64,000 nucleotides of DNA, taken from positions 237,150,001 through 237,214,000 of the forward strand of contig NC_086098.1 of the NCBI RefSeq assembly GCF_963921235.1. Reading direction: 5' to 3'. Each line of letters opens with the position of its first letter. Position 1 is the stretch's first letter. This document shows, in pieces, positions 12,353-24,429 of this stretch. The notes beneath the pieces were generated by a model. The model saw only the letters and a program-made list of their open reading frames with translations. It searched no databases and was not told the origin of the DNA. Both the position numbers and the translations under genes were made by a program. This stretch comes from Mobula hypostoma (taxonomy: Eukaryota).

Positions 12353-13559
12353 AACCAACTCTGTTACAGAAAAAAAAAACACAAGACACCGAGTTTTAAG
12401 GCAAACAGTGAAATCTCTGGCGGATGATACAGTCATTCTTTCGGTGAATAGGTTGTCTGTAAATAATTTCCCAGATTCATCACAGGTTCGAAGTGCGCTT
12501 TTAACATGCATTTTATTTACGGGCCGGGAGTCCTGTGCACCAGCCATGAGGAGGAAATAGCCTCACTCATTCCACCTATCTATTCCCTGCACACGGTACT
12601 TCCTAGTTATTAGTCTGTCTGTAAATTCGTGTTTACTGCCGGTCTGCAATATTGCCAAAGATCTTTAATTGGGCTATGAAATGACCGAGATTACTCCTGC
12701 AGCAATGTAAAGCAGCTCGGCAAATTGGGATTTCGAATCCACTGTTCTCTCTCACAGAGATTTCCGATTCGGGTTAAGAATTACTCAAATACGACCCCCT
12801 TCAACACCCCATCCATCCACCACCACGAAAAAAATCTGGAACTACGCTGTCACTGGCCCCTTGGCTGAGTGGAATTCCGCATTGAATTGCAGTAACACCC
12901 CAGATATCGAATACGCCCATCCCTGATTTTGTGAACATTCCACTTCAGGCTGTCCAATCCATCCGCCCAGTGATGGCAGAGAAAATGGCGGAATATACGA
13001 GCAGTTCTGTGAGCGGAAGAGGGGCGAGGAAATAAGGAACAGCCCAGTTCGGACCGGGAACACCTCCCGGACGTGAACGAACCCACCTATTCCCGCTCCA
13101 CTCTCTGCGAGCTCAACCGCTGTCCTGCAATGTAACTTTAAAAAGTCACATTTTCCCTTCCTTCTTTGCGACCTCGTTGAAAGTTGGAATAGCAGTTCGA
13201 AATATTGGAGAAATTTTCATTTTTCTTAGGGATTGTATAAGAGTGCGCTGTTCTGCTTCCGATTTCTTCAGTTCTGGGCAAGGGGTCAATAGATTAAATT
13301 CTAAAAATTTCTGATCTATCTAGGCTTTCACCATATCAGACTGAGGCTATTGAATGCCGGGATGTACATGGTGTAAATAAAACACATGAAATTCAAAGAT
13401 GGTTCATTAGAGCAACTCATGTTCTGATAAGAGACAGATCGAACCCCACCACAGCATGGAGACGGCGCCACGATTCGCTGGATAAAAAAATCTATAGCGG
13501 TGGGGAATGAGACCGGCTGTGATGGGAATTGCTTGTAACGGAATGAGGGAGTCACTTAC

Positions 13560-13913
13560 TCTTTATATCCAGGATAGTGCCTGGACCGAAGATATATCCA
13601 CTATCCCACGCTGCACAGTAATAGACAGCGGAGTCCCGGGGCTCCAAACTGCTGATGGTCAGGATGTGACTGTTGCTGGAGGTGTCTCTGGACGGCTGAA
13701 AACGGTCTGTGATCCCTGTCCCTCGAAATATATCATTGTCCGTCTCATGTCTAATCACCCGCTCCGGTCTCTCTCCGGGACCCTGTCGGAACCAGTTCAT
13801 GTTGTAACTTCCAACGTTACCGTTCTGGATCCGACATTCTAAGCGGGCGGTCTGTCCCGCGGAGACCGGACCGGACATTGGAGTCTGATTAAGGACCGGG
13901 GCAGTCAGGATAC
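13560..13913 (-). CDS. Ig light chain germline-joined VJ exon, sigma-cart type
   Basis: Acceptor ttgttgcag|GT at 13913, donor AAGA|gtaagt at 13560. Open frame GILTAPVLNQTP...LECRIQNGNVGSYNMNWFRQ...YYCAAWDSGYIFGPGTILDIK. V and J are fused with no RSS. 58 residues between the FR2 Trp and the second Cys (long CDR2 typical of sigma/sigma-cart). Confidence 0.95.
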
Positions 13914-14047
13914 CTGCAACAAAAACAATGAAACCATTGGGTGAATTGGATCTAACAGAACGCTCATCGATTGATAAACTCGCGTTATAATGAGCAGTAA
14001 TTGCCATTTTCACGGATAATCCGTGAATAAAGTAATATGTCTCCTAC

Positions 14048-14096
14048 CTGATAAATGGACAAGCAGAGCACACAGGAGATGGAGTACTCGGGACAT
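14048..14096 (-). CDS. Ig light chain leader exon
   Basis: ATG at 14096, MSRVLHLLCALLVHLS + G|gtagga (phase 1). L+VJ+C = 49+354+329 = 732 nt, one uninterrupted 243-aa ORF. Confidence 0.92.
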
Positions 14097-14099
14097 TGT

Positions 14100-14270
14100 T
14101 GCGGACAGGTGGAGACAGCGAGCGCTCAATTTTCCGATCGAGCCGTGCTGTTCTGCAAACACCGTGAGGGTCTCCGTTTCCAGAGTCTGCAAATCTCTGC
14201 CCCGTGATCTGTTTATTAAGCAGGATGTTAATGCATGGGAGGCGCCAGGGAAAGAAAGGGGCGGAGAATA
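14100..14270 (-). promoter_or_regulatory. Putative IgL promoter/5'UTR (TATA-like, GC box, E-box)
   Basis: TTAATAAAC about 115 bp upstream of the ATG, ggggcgg near 14257, CAGGTG at 14106-14111. Equivalent motifs are conserved upstream of the second cluster. Confidence 0.55.
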
Positions 14271-15889
14271 ATCACCCAGCCATTCGAATCTATGAATGAC
14301 GATCTTTAAAAGTTAACCGTTAAATTCAAAATGTTTCATCTTCGGTTGTGTCATATGTAGAGGTGTTTGACAAATACTCAAAATAAACTGATTTTACGCA
14401 TCCATATCAGCAGCTGTTCTTTGAAAAAAAATCAGGGGGCCATTCGGCGCATTGTTTCTGCCCAAATTGTTAATGAGATCAAAATTATTCGAAGTCATAC
14501 ATATCAACACGCAAGAATTATCCGACGCACTTACCGTACCTTGTTGATGCTTTCACCATCAGCATCCGGTGATGAATATTGTCCTGAAACGACTGTATTT
14601 ATTAAATTATGGTACAAATTACAACGTCGCCCATGATTGGGGATAATACAATTCAATGTCCAAAGAAAAAAAAACTTTCCTCAGATTTATTTTACGAGAT
14701 ACAACGGGATCAATAAAAGACCACACATAAAGATGGACAAGCAACTAATGCAGAAAATAAGAGAAACTGTGCAAAAATGAAAATAATTAAACAGATAATT
14801 AAATAGATAGGTAGATAGAAAGATAGATAGGCAGATAGACAAATCAATAAATAACATTGGTCATTCCTTGAACGCGAGTCCATATTTTGTGGAATCAGTT
14901 TGTTCTTGAGTTGAGTGAAGTTATCAAGTCTGGTTCAAGAGACTGGACACGTATCTGATCCTATAAATCCTTCGATGCCTTTCAAAAACGGCTGTCCAAT
15001 TATCTGGACATAACTCCCGCTGCTCTGGGAAATTTCGACAACATTCCACAACCACCCTAAAAAGTATTCATTTTTCCACTAGTTTAACTGGATTGCAGTG
15101 TGGACCATTGAAAAAATAAGGCCAGGGGAAACTATGCGGTTATTATCCTCTCGCACTTTCTCTTTTTTCTCATGAAATGGGGCTTATTACCCAACTTCCT
15201 GCACTGAATTCTTAATTGTCAATTCCATTCATATCGAAAATTCTATCCCCGAAGTGAAGTCATGGGTATGTAATGTGGTGAAGAATCTTTCGGCAAAACG
15301 GCCTGCATCAGCCAGAGCACTTACTTTCGAAGTTGGAATACAATGCTGCATATGTATTAGACGTTGATCAGGCCGCTGTTGATTTTGTCTTCAGTATTAG
15401 TTACGCTGCGTTCAGAAAAATACCATTAAGTAGGGAATTGTGCAGCAAATATTTATGAAGATGTGGGTAGGTTTCGAAGAACTGAGGGATAAGGATAGGT
15501 CAAGTAGGTTAGGACTTTTTTTCTTTGGGGCGTCGGAGATTGAAAGGTCATTTTATAGAAGAGTATAAAAATTGCAAAGAGCAAACGGAGGTGACTATTT
15601 AGTTTTCTTTTACCCAGGGTTGGGGAATGAATAACGACCGTGCATAGGTTTACGGTAAGTAAAAAAAAAGAGATTCAATAAGAATCACGTGGCAATTTAA
15701 AAAATAATTTTTTAATTCAATTTTCCAATTTGATTACATAGAATAATATCTACCCTCCCCCCTCCCCTTAACCTTTCCACCCGATACATACCCCTACGTA
15801 AAAAAGAGGGAAAAAAACAGAAAGGAAAAAAAGAGAGAAAGAAAGAAAGAAATGGTCCTGTTTCAAAATTCAGCATTTTTGTATAAATT

Positions 15890-16225
15890 TAAGAGTCTTA
15901 TTGGAACAATTTATTGGAACTGAACTTCCACATAACCCAATATTATTTTTATTAGGTGACATTGAAGGGAGAAAACCGAAACTTAAATTGAATAAATATC
16001 AGAAAGAATTTATAAAAATTGCATTGGCATTAGCCAAAAAGGTTATTGCAGTTATTTGGAAATCGGATTCATATTCCAGTATGGATCGTTGGAATACGGA
16101 AATCTTTAGCTGTATTCCACTTGAAAAAAATACTTATAATTTAAGGAATAAATATGATACATTTTTGAATATTTGCCGCCCTTATTTACAAAAGATAGGA
16201 TTGTATATATCGGTGCTCCGATGAT
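15890..16225 (+). mobile_element. L1/Tx1-like LINE ORF2 3' fragment
   Basis: ORF 15901-16224 PILFLLGDI...IALALAKKVIAVIWKS...WNTEIFSCIPLEK...FLNICRPYL, typical of the L1/Tx1 C-terminus. Confidence 0.7.
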
Positions 16226-17304
16226 AAAGGTGCTGCTTCTTTGGGGAAAGGAACAAATACAAATATTAAATTTATTTCGAAACCCATGGAGCATGTGGAG
16301 ACCTTCCAATATCGTGGCATTTTTTTTGAACAGAGGGCAGTCACATACGTAGCGTGCACCCAGACGAGTTGTTATTGCACGCACATTTACAACATTTAAT
16401 AAGCTTGTATATAGTTATTTGCACACGCATTGCAAAGGTTTGTTGTGATATGGGAGAAAGGATTGCAAATTGGACTGGTTTGTGTGGCCTTCTAGATCGA
16501 TATGAATTGTTTGAGTCAAAGGGCCTGCTTCAGTGGCGTACAACGTTATGGCTCTATATTCTGACAAATCCTCCATCAGTTGCATGTTCTTCCAGAGCAC
16601 AAAAGATCGGCGCTCAGCACAATACTTCAACAGTGCTGTCATTAGGGCCATAGAGAACTAGATTCATAAACTACTACTGCACAGAAATTGGCCCTTTGGC
16701 CTAACTATTCCAAGCCAACTATTATGCTGCCTGGTTTTATCGACCTGCACCTGAACCTTAGCACTTCTTACTGCTCTCATCAATGCCTCTACCCAAATTC
16801 CCAATTAATGTTGAAATAGAAACTGCATTTTCCAGCTCCCATGGGAGCTCGTTCCATACTCTTACCACCTATCCTTGTTTGGTGACTGCTCTGAGGAATT
16901 ATTAATGGATTTTGCCATCCCTTCAAAAGGAAGATCAGGAAAATATTTTTTGTAGACCCACCTTCTCTCTCCCTCTGTCTGTCCGTTCCTTGCAGCAGAC
17001 TTACATAGTCTACTGACATTGATTTCCTTTGAAGTTTTAAAGATTGGGATAATTCCTTGTGGTGGTTATCATTGGAGATCGATCAGATTAGGATATACTC
17101 AAGACGGCCCCCATCCCGTTTTGCTCAATTACAAATATACTCTCCCAATCGTCAGTCAGAACTAGGGAATTGAAGTGATAATCACTCTGCAACCAATCCA
17201 GCTTGAATCTGAAGAAATAAAAGGAAAACAATTGGGCAATACACTGGCATTTCTCGTGGAAAACAGGTAATAACCACACCACTGTGACAGACAACTATCT
17301 CTAG

Positions 17305-17510
17305 NNNNNNNNNNNNNNNNNNNNNNNNNNNNNNNNNNNNNNNNNNNNNNNNNNNNNNNNNNNNNNNNNNNNNNNNNNNNNNNNNNNNNNNNNNNNNNNN
17401 NNNNNNNNNNNNNNNNNNNNNNNNNNNNNNNNNNNNNNNNNNNNNNNNNNNNNNNNNNNNNNNNNNNNNNNNNNNNNNNNNNNNNNNNNNNNNNNNNNNN
17501 NNNNNNNNNN
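17305..17510. other. Assembly gap (206 N)
   Basis: Run of N characters. Confidence 1.
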
Positions 17511-17639
17511 TAAAATTGGTACCGTTCGGTTTCAGCACTTTTAGAAGTAGAAACGTCGATTATATTTAGCAATCTGCAAATTTATTGAGATCTCCCTCCA
17601 TTTCCACGAAACGGTCCACTCAACAACTGACCGTCTACA

Positions 17640-20600
17640 TTCAAGGAAATACAATCATTGATACCATAGTCCCGAAGGTTGTGTTGGTGACTGGTGCCGG
17701 GGTTCGGGACATTTTATCTGACCTATTGAGGAATTTGATGCTGGAAATATGTGGGCATCAACGAAGTAGGTGGAACAAGGAAAGAATTTCTGCTGAGGAC
17801 ATTTGAGCTGTTAGGGATTCAATTAAAGAGCAGAAACAAAAAGTTGGATTGCTACTTGAGCCACGTGCAAATTGGCAAATGGTCAAGAAGATTAGAGAGT
17901 TAAATGCGTGGCTCAAGGATTGGGATAGGAGAAGTGGATTAAAATACACGGGCAACTGGCAGCAACATTGGGGAAGACGGGAGCTGACCACCTGGGACAG
18001 GCTCCACCAGAATCGTGATGGGACCTGGATCATGGCGGATCACATAACTGGGGTTGTGGTAGGGCTTTAAACTAAATAGCAGGGGGTGGGCTCAACAGAT
18101 TGGAGAAGTATGGATAAAGTAAAAGAGAAATGTGTACATACAAGTAAAGTAAAAGGAAATGATAAAAAAGAGAAAAGTACAGTTGGAGTACAGAAAAGTT
18201 CAGAGCGTAAAAGACAAAAAATATTCGATTTTAAAGGCACAACGGGTGTAAGGGCACATAATTTGGTTTCCTGCAGTATTTGTAACAAGGCCAGTGAACT
18301 TGTGGAACAAATCAGAGTGAAGGCGCATTACTTACTGGCCACTACTGAAACGTAGTTGCAGGGAGGAGAGGATTATTAATTAAATATCCAAGGATATCAG
18401 GTAATATGGGGTGATAGGCAGAAAGGTAAGGGATATGGGGTAGCCCTCTTAATCAAGGATGAGATCAAGGCGATAGTGAGAGATGATATAAGATCTAAGG
18501 AGCAGAATGTTGAATCCACCTGGGTAGAGATTAGAAATAGTAAAGAGGAAACTTACTGGAAGGTGTTATCTCTAGGCCACCGAATAATATTACATTGCCA
18601 CAGGCAATGAACCGAGAAATATCTGAGGGATGTAAGAGTGTAACGGCAGTTACAGTGCGGGATATCAACTTGGACACAGACGAGACGAATCAAGTAGGTC
18701 GAGGCGGTCTTGAGGAGGACTTCCTAGTATGCATAGGCGATAGCATTCTTGAACAGCATGTTGTTCATCTTACAGGGGAACATATTTTCTTAAATCTGGT
18801 CTTGTGCATTGAGAGAGGTAAAAGTAGCATTCTTATACTTAGGCATCCTCTTGCAAAGAATGATCACAGTATGACTGAGTTTCTCATACAAATGATGGCT
18901 GCAGTAGTTCGAACTAAAACCAATGCCAAAATATGGGAGACTACAACAGGATGAGGGACGATTTGGATAGGGTAGATTCGGAAGAGAAGCTAGATGGCAG
19001 GGCGGTTGAGCAACAGTGATAGACTGTCAAAGAGTTTTTTCACGGTGCTCAAAAAAATTGAAAGCAAGGACAGTAGGAGCGGGTAAAACCAGCCATGGAT
19101 AACTAAGGAAATAAAGGAAGACATCAAACTAAATGCTCGTGCCGACAATGTCACCAAAAGTCGTGTGAAACTGGAAGGCTGGGAAAACGTTTAAAAAACA
19201 ACAAAGAACCACTAAGCAAGCAATAAAGACAGAACAGGCATATTATGTAAATAAACTCACACTCAATATAAAAACGTATAGTATTTTCCATAATTATATA
19301 AATTGGAAAAAGGTGACCTAGGTGAATGCAGGTCCCTTGGAGGACGGGATGGGGGAATTGATATTGGGTACTGAGGAAATGACCGAGGCTTTGAATGTCT
19401 ATTTTGTGTCAGTGGAAGATACGTCTAACATGCCGAAGACAGATGAAATGGATGCGATCGGAGCTGAGAACCTCGATACAATAACTATCGCTAAAGAGGC
19501 AGAGATAAGTAAACATGTGGGCCTAAAAATAGACAAGTCGCCCGGACTTGATGGAATGCAGCCCAGGATAATGAAAGAAATGGAAGAGATTATAGTTGGG
19601 GCTTTGATGATAATTCACCAAAATTCCCTGTAGTGTGGAAGGATTCCCATGGACTGAAAGAAGGCGAATGTCACGGCATTGATCAAATAAGAGATACAGG
19701 CAAAAGGCAGTTCCTATAACATCTGTAGTTGGGAGAATGCTTGAAGCTATCATTAAAGAGGAAATAGCTAGGCATTATGGAAAGAAATGGATCTATCCAC
19801 GAAGTCTCAGCATGGATTCAGCAAAGACAGGTCCTGTTCCACAAACTTACTGGAGTTCGTTGAGGATATAACAACCAAAGTGGATAGAGGGGAACAGATG
19901 CACGTTATTTACTTGAATTTCCAGAAGTAAATTACTTTTCACTACGGAAAAAGATCTTGGCGATTGTACGGATGACTTACAGCGGACTAAAAAGCTTGAG
20001 CTTATAGACATTCAGAACTAGATGTAACCTAGGCTACTATGGGAGGCGAAGGAGAACATTGTAGAGTCACAGGCAATGATCTTTGCATCATCAGTGAGGA
20101 TCGTAGAGTTTCTGGAGGCTTGGAGGCTTGCATATCTTGTTCCTTTATTCAAAAAATGGAGTAGAGATAGCCCAGGAAATTATTGATCAGTGAGTCTTAA
20201 CTCAGTGGTTGGTAATTTGATGGAAAAGATCCTGAGAGACATAATTTATGAACGTTTGGAGAGGCATAAGATGATTAGGAACAGTCAGCATCGCTTTGTC
20301 AAAGGCATGTCGTACCTGACGAGACTGATGGAATATTTTGAGGATGTCACTAAACAGATTGATGAAGGTAGAACAGTAGATGTAGTGTATATGGATTTCA
20401 GCAAGGCATTCGATAAAGTACCTTATACATGTCTTATTGAGAAAGTAAGGAGGTAAGCGATCCAAGGGGACCTTGCTTTGTGGATCCAGAATTGGCTTGC
20501 CCACAGAAGGCAAAGAGGGGTTGTAAATGGGTCATATTCTGTAGAGTGTCGATGACCAATGTGGTCACAGCGGGACGTTGATAGGATGCAAAACTTGGCG

Positions 20601-21660
20601 GAGAAGTGACAGATGGAGTTCAACCCATATAAGTGTGAGGGGGTTCATTTTGGTAGGTCAAATATGATTGCAGAATATTGTAATAATTGGCAGTGTAGAG
20701 AATCAGAGGGAACTTGGGGTACGAGTCCATAGGACACTCAAAGCTGCTGCGCAGGTGGACTCTGTGGTTAAGAAAGCATACAGTGAATTGACCTTCATCA
20801 ACTGTGGGATTGAGTTTAAGAGCTGAGGGTAATGTTGCAGCTATATAGGATGCTGGTCCGACACCACTTAGAGTACTGTGCTCAGTTCTGGTCACATTAC
20901 TACAAGAAGGATGTGGAAACTTGGAAATGGTGCACAGGAGATCCACAAGGATGTTACAAGGAGCATGCCTTAAGAGATCAGGTTGATGGAACTCAGCCTT
21001 TTCTGCTGGGAGCCGCGGAGGAGGAGAGGTGATCTAATAGAGGTGTATAAGATGATAAGAGGCATTGTTCCTGTGTATAGTCAGAGGCTTTTTCCCAGGG
21101 CTGAAATGGCTAGCACGAGAGGGCACAGTTTTAAGTTGCTTCGAAATAGGTACAGAAAAGATGTCAGGGTAGGATTTTATTTACGCAGTGAGTGGTGAGT
21201 GCGTGGAATGGGCTGCCGGTGACGGTGGTGGAGATAGATACGATAGGGTAGTTTAAGAGACTCCTGGAGAGGTGCACGAAACTTAGAAAAATAGAGGGCT
21301 ATGGGTAACCTTAGGTAATTTCTGAAGTAAGTACATGTTTGGCACAGCATTGTGGAACGAAGGGCCTGTATTTTGCTGTTGGTTTTCGTTGTTTCTATGT
21401 TTGTAAGACGTTCGATAATGGGCCACATATAAAGGTAACCATGCATAGTATTGAGAGTGATGTATTAGCATGGATTAATGATTGGTCAACCAATAGAAAG
21501 AAGCGAGTTGGGATACACGTATGTTTGTCTGGTTGGCAATCAGTGGTGAATGGTGTGGCGCAGAGGTCGGTACTGGGCCCCCAACTGTTCACGGTACACG
21601 TTGAAGATCTGGAAGCGTGGACCGAGTGTTGTGTATGTAGGTTTGCAGATTAAACTAAAT
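17640..21660 (+). mobile_element. Long decayed CR1 LINE (ORF1 esterase-like region, endonuclease, RT, 3' end) plus an adjacent fragment
   Basis: ORFs 17849-18070, 18595-18954, 19322-19633 (KIDKSPGLDGMQPRIMKE), 20190-20456 (VDVVYMDFSKAFDKV), 20832-21198 (LVRHHLEYCAQFW; RRRGDLIEVYK). Confidence 0.9.
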
Positions 21661-22659
21661 TGAGTGAAAAAGCAAATTGTGCAGAGTATAAAGAGAGTCT
21701 GCAGAAAGGTATTAATAGGTTAAGTAATTTGGCAAGGTTCTGGCAGATAGAGTATGGAGTACAATGTTGGTAAATGCGAGGTTATCCACTTTGGAAAGAA
21801 AAAAGCTAAAGACAAAAAAAAATCAGCGTTTAAATAACAGCTTGTTCCAATTCGTCATGGGATTTCTAAACTGAAATGTATATTTATTAAATTATATATA
21901 CTGTATATAGATAAACAAATTACACGTACAATGTACTTATAGCTTAATTAAATGCATAACTACAAAATAACAAAAATAGCGACATACGTTAGTGATATTA
22001 GACATCAGTCGGATTCAGATTCTGAACCTCGTTCCAAAAGTAGCTGTTACTGACACTGGGCTCTGTGTGAGACCTCACCGCTCGCTTCTGTTGTCCGTGG
22101 TTTAGTTGATCACCAACCCGCCCCCCTCCCCCACCACCCCGTTCTGCTCCCATCTCTATACTGTTGGGCGGATATTGGATACGGGATGACAAGGTTTCTT
22201 CCAAATAAATATTCTGTTTATGTGATTCGGTCTCAACATTTTGTCTAATAACGCCTCTTCTTTTTATTCCTGAAACGTTACTTCATAACGTCCAGTAGTT
22301 TTGGGTTGTGTAAGGCTTTTTTTTAAATGTAAATGTTCTTATTGGGCATGCGGAACGGGGAATGGGATCTTCAAAACCAGTGGGCAATAAACTGGGTCTT
22401 TTTCTTCATGCCCACTTGACCATCAGATTGTTCTGTCCAGTTAATCCTTCACTTATGATGATTCACAGGTTTAAGCAGCCCGTGTCTATGAGCGTCACTG
22501 ATGCAGCTGCGATCCACTTGATCTCCCCATAGGGAACGAGCGGTGTTGGCACAGCCTTTATTTAGCAAATGTACGCAAATTGCTGCTGTTTCTGTCTTGT
22601 TTATGAAGCTGTGCAGGTGGCGCGGTCGTTGAGTCCCGCGGGAATGGAGGACACTTGGG

Positions 22660-22750
22660 GGTGGGAGGGGGTGGTTGTGGTGGTGGGGGTGGAGGGGAGA
22701 GAGAGAGGGGGGGTGGTCGGGGGGAGAGGGAGAGTCCGAGGAGAGAGAAG
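22660..22750 (+). repeat. G-rich purine low-complexity tract (G-quadruplex-capable)
   Basis: ggggtgggagggggtggttgtggtggtgggggtggagggg...; many G-runs of 3 or more. Confidence 0.6.
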
Positions 22751-23809
22751 GTAATGGGTTTTACGTCTCTCTGCTTCTCTGAACCAGCCGCAGCACATTG
22801 GACATGAATGTCGTGGCAAATGAGGAGTCCCGAACGATGCTACCATTTCTGGATACACAAGGGAATAAATGTCATAGATGGACTTTGCGCACCTGCTTTC
22901 CCGTTGCCCAGGGTCATAGTTAATCATCCCACTCTCACCGCCCTCACAGTACTGCCCTGCTTGATCCACGGAGTGCTGAATCTGTTTATTCACTAATATA
23001 TCTCCATCCTAGCCTGGAATCTGGCCAGCATCTGAGCAGTCTTGGGGCTTTGTGGAGAAAGTTCTCCACAACCTCTGAATCAGTGGGTCAGGTCACAGTT
23101 CTTCATCCTACGCTGGGTTAAAGACAGACTAATGGCCCGTCCCTGTTTATTATCAAACCCGGCATTTACGTAGTTACACAGCGTGGAATTGTACGCAATT
23201 CGTCTATGCCGATCAAGATGCTTACCGGTGTGAAGCCACTTCCCTCCGTTTTGCTAATGGCACCCATGTTTTTCATACCCTTGAACCTGCTTAAATGTCT
23301 TCTAAACTGTGCAGTTTTACTTGCGTCTACCGCTAAGTCTAGCAGCTCATTAACCCTACCCACCACTGGCCTTCGAATTTAATTCCTAATGCTGATCGTG
23401 TATCTTTTGCTTCTCTCGAGCATAGGCCTGACCCGTACGGTCAGGAACATTATCCGGCTCAATGGAGCCACCGGATGTCAGCTAGAACAAAGAGGTGAGT
23501 ATTGACTGCAGAAGGACGAAACCGAATGCCTATGAGTCAGACCTTATCGGGGTACCAGAGTGCAGACCGTAGGCAACATTAAATTCCTACGTGCTGCAAT
23601 TTCAGAGAATCTGTCCTGTGTCCAGTTCATCACTGCCCTTACAAAAAAGGCACGGCAACGTCCCTGCTTTTTTAGAAGTTTGCAAATGTTTGCCATGTAA
23701 TCTAAAACTTTCACAAACTTCATTAGATGACTGAAAAATAGAGTATACTGACTGATTGTATCACAGCCTGATATGCCCTGGAATGCCCCGCAGAGACAAA
23801 TGCCCCATT

Positions 23810-24420
23810 TAGACCATAAGACAAGGCAGCAGAAGTCGGCCATTCGGCCCATCGAGTCTGCTCCGCCATTTTATCATCAGCTGATCCATTCTCCCATTTA
23901 GTCCCACTCCCCCGCCTTCTCGCCATAACCTTTGATGCCCTCCCCTGGCTACTCAGATACCTATCAATATCTGCCTTAAATACACTCAATGACTTGGCCT
24001 CCACTGCCGCCCTTGGCAACAAATTCCATAGATTCACCTAACAAAAATCTTCGCATCTCTTTTCTGAATGGGGGCCCTTCAATCCTTAAGTCATGCCCTC
24101 TCGTACTAGACTCCCCCATCATGGGAAACAACTTTGCCACATCCACTCTGTCCATGCCTTTCAATATTCTAAATGTTTCCATGAGGTCTCCCCTCATTCT
24201 TCTAAACTCCAAGGAATACAGTCCAAGAGCGGACAAACGTTCCTCATATGTTAACCCTCTCATTCCCGGAATCATTCTAGTGAATCTTCTTTGTACCCTC
24301 TCCAACGTCAGCACATCCTATCTTAAATATAGAGCCCAAAACTGCCCACAGTACTCCAAGTGAGTCTTACCACCGCCTTATAGAGCCTCAACATCACATC
24401 ACTGCTCCTATACTCTATTC
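23810..24420 (-). mobile_element. CR1 3' end
   Basis: ORF 23976-24314 LERVQRRFTRMIPGMRGLTYEERLSALGLYSLEFRRMRGDL. Confidence 0.9.
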
Positions 24421-24429
24421 CTCTAGAAT

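Noticed and set aside
13507-13842. Plus-strand ORFs antisense to the V exons (also 31988-32230) and many 60-200 aa ORFs in repeats
   Set aside because: They are shadows of real minus-strand exons or of LINE, Penelope or low-complexity sequence.
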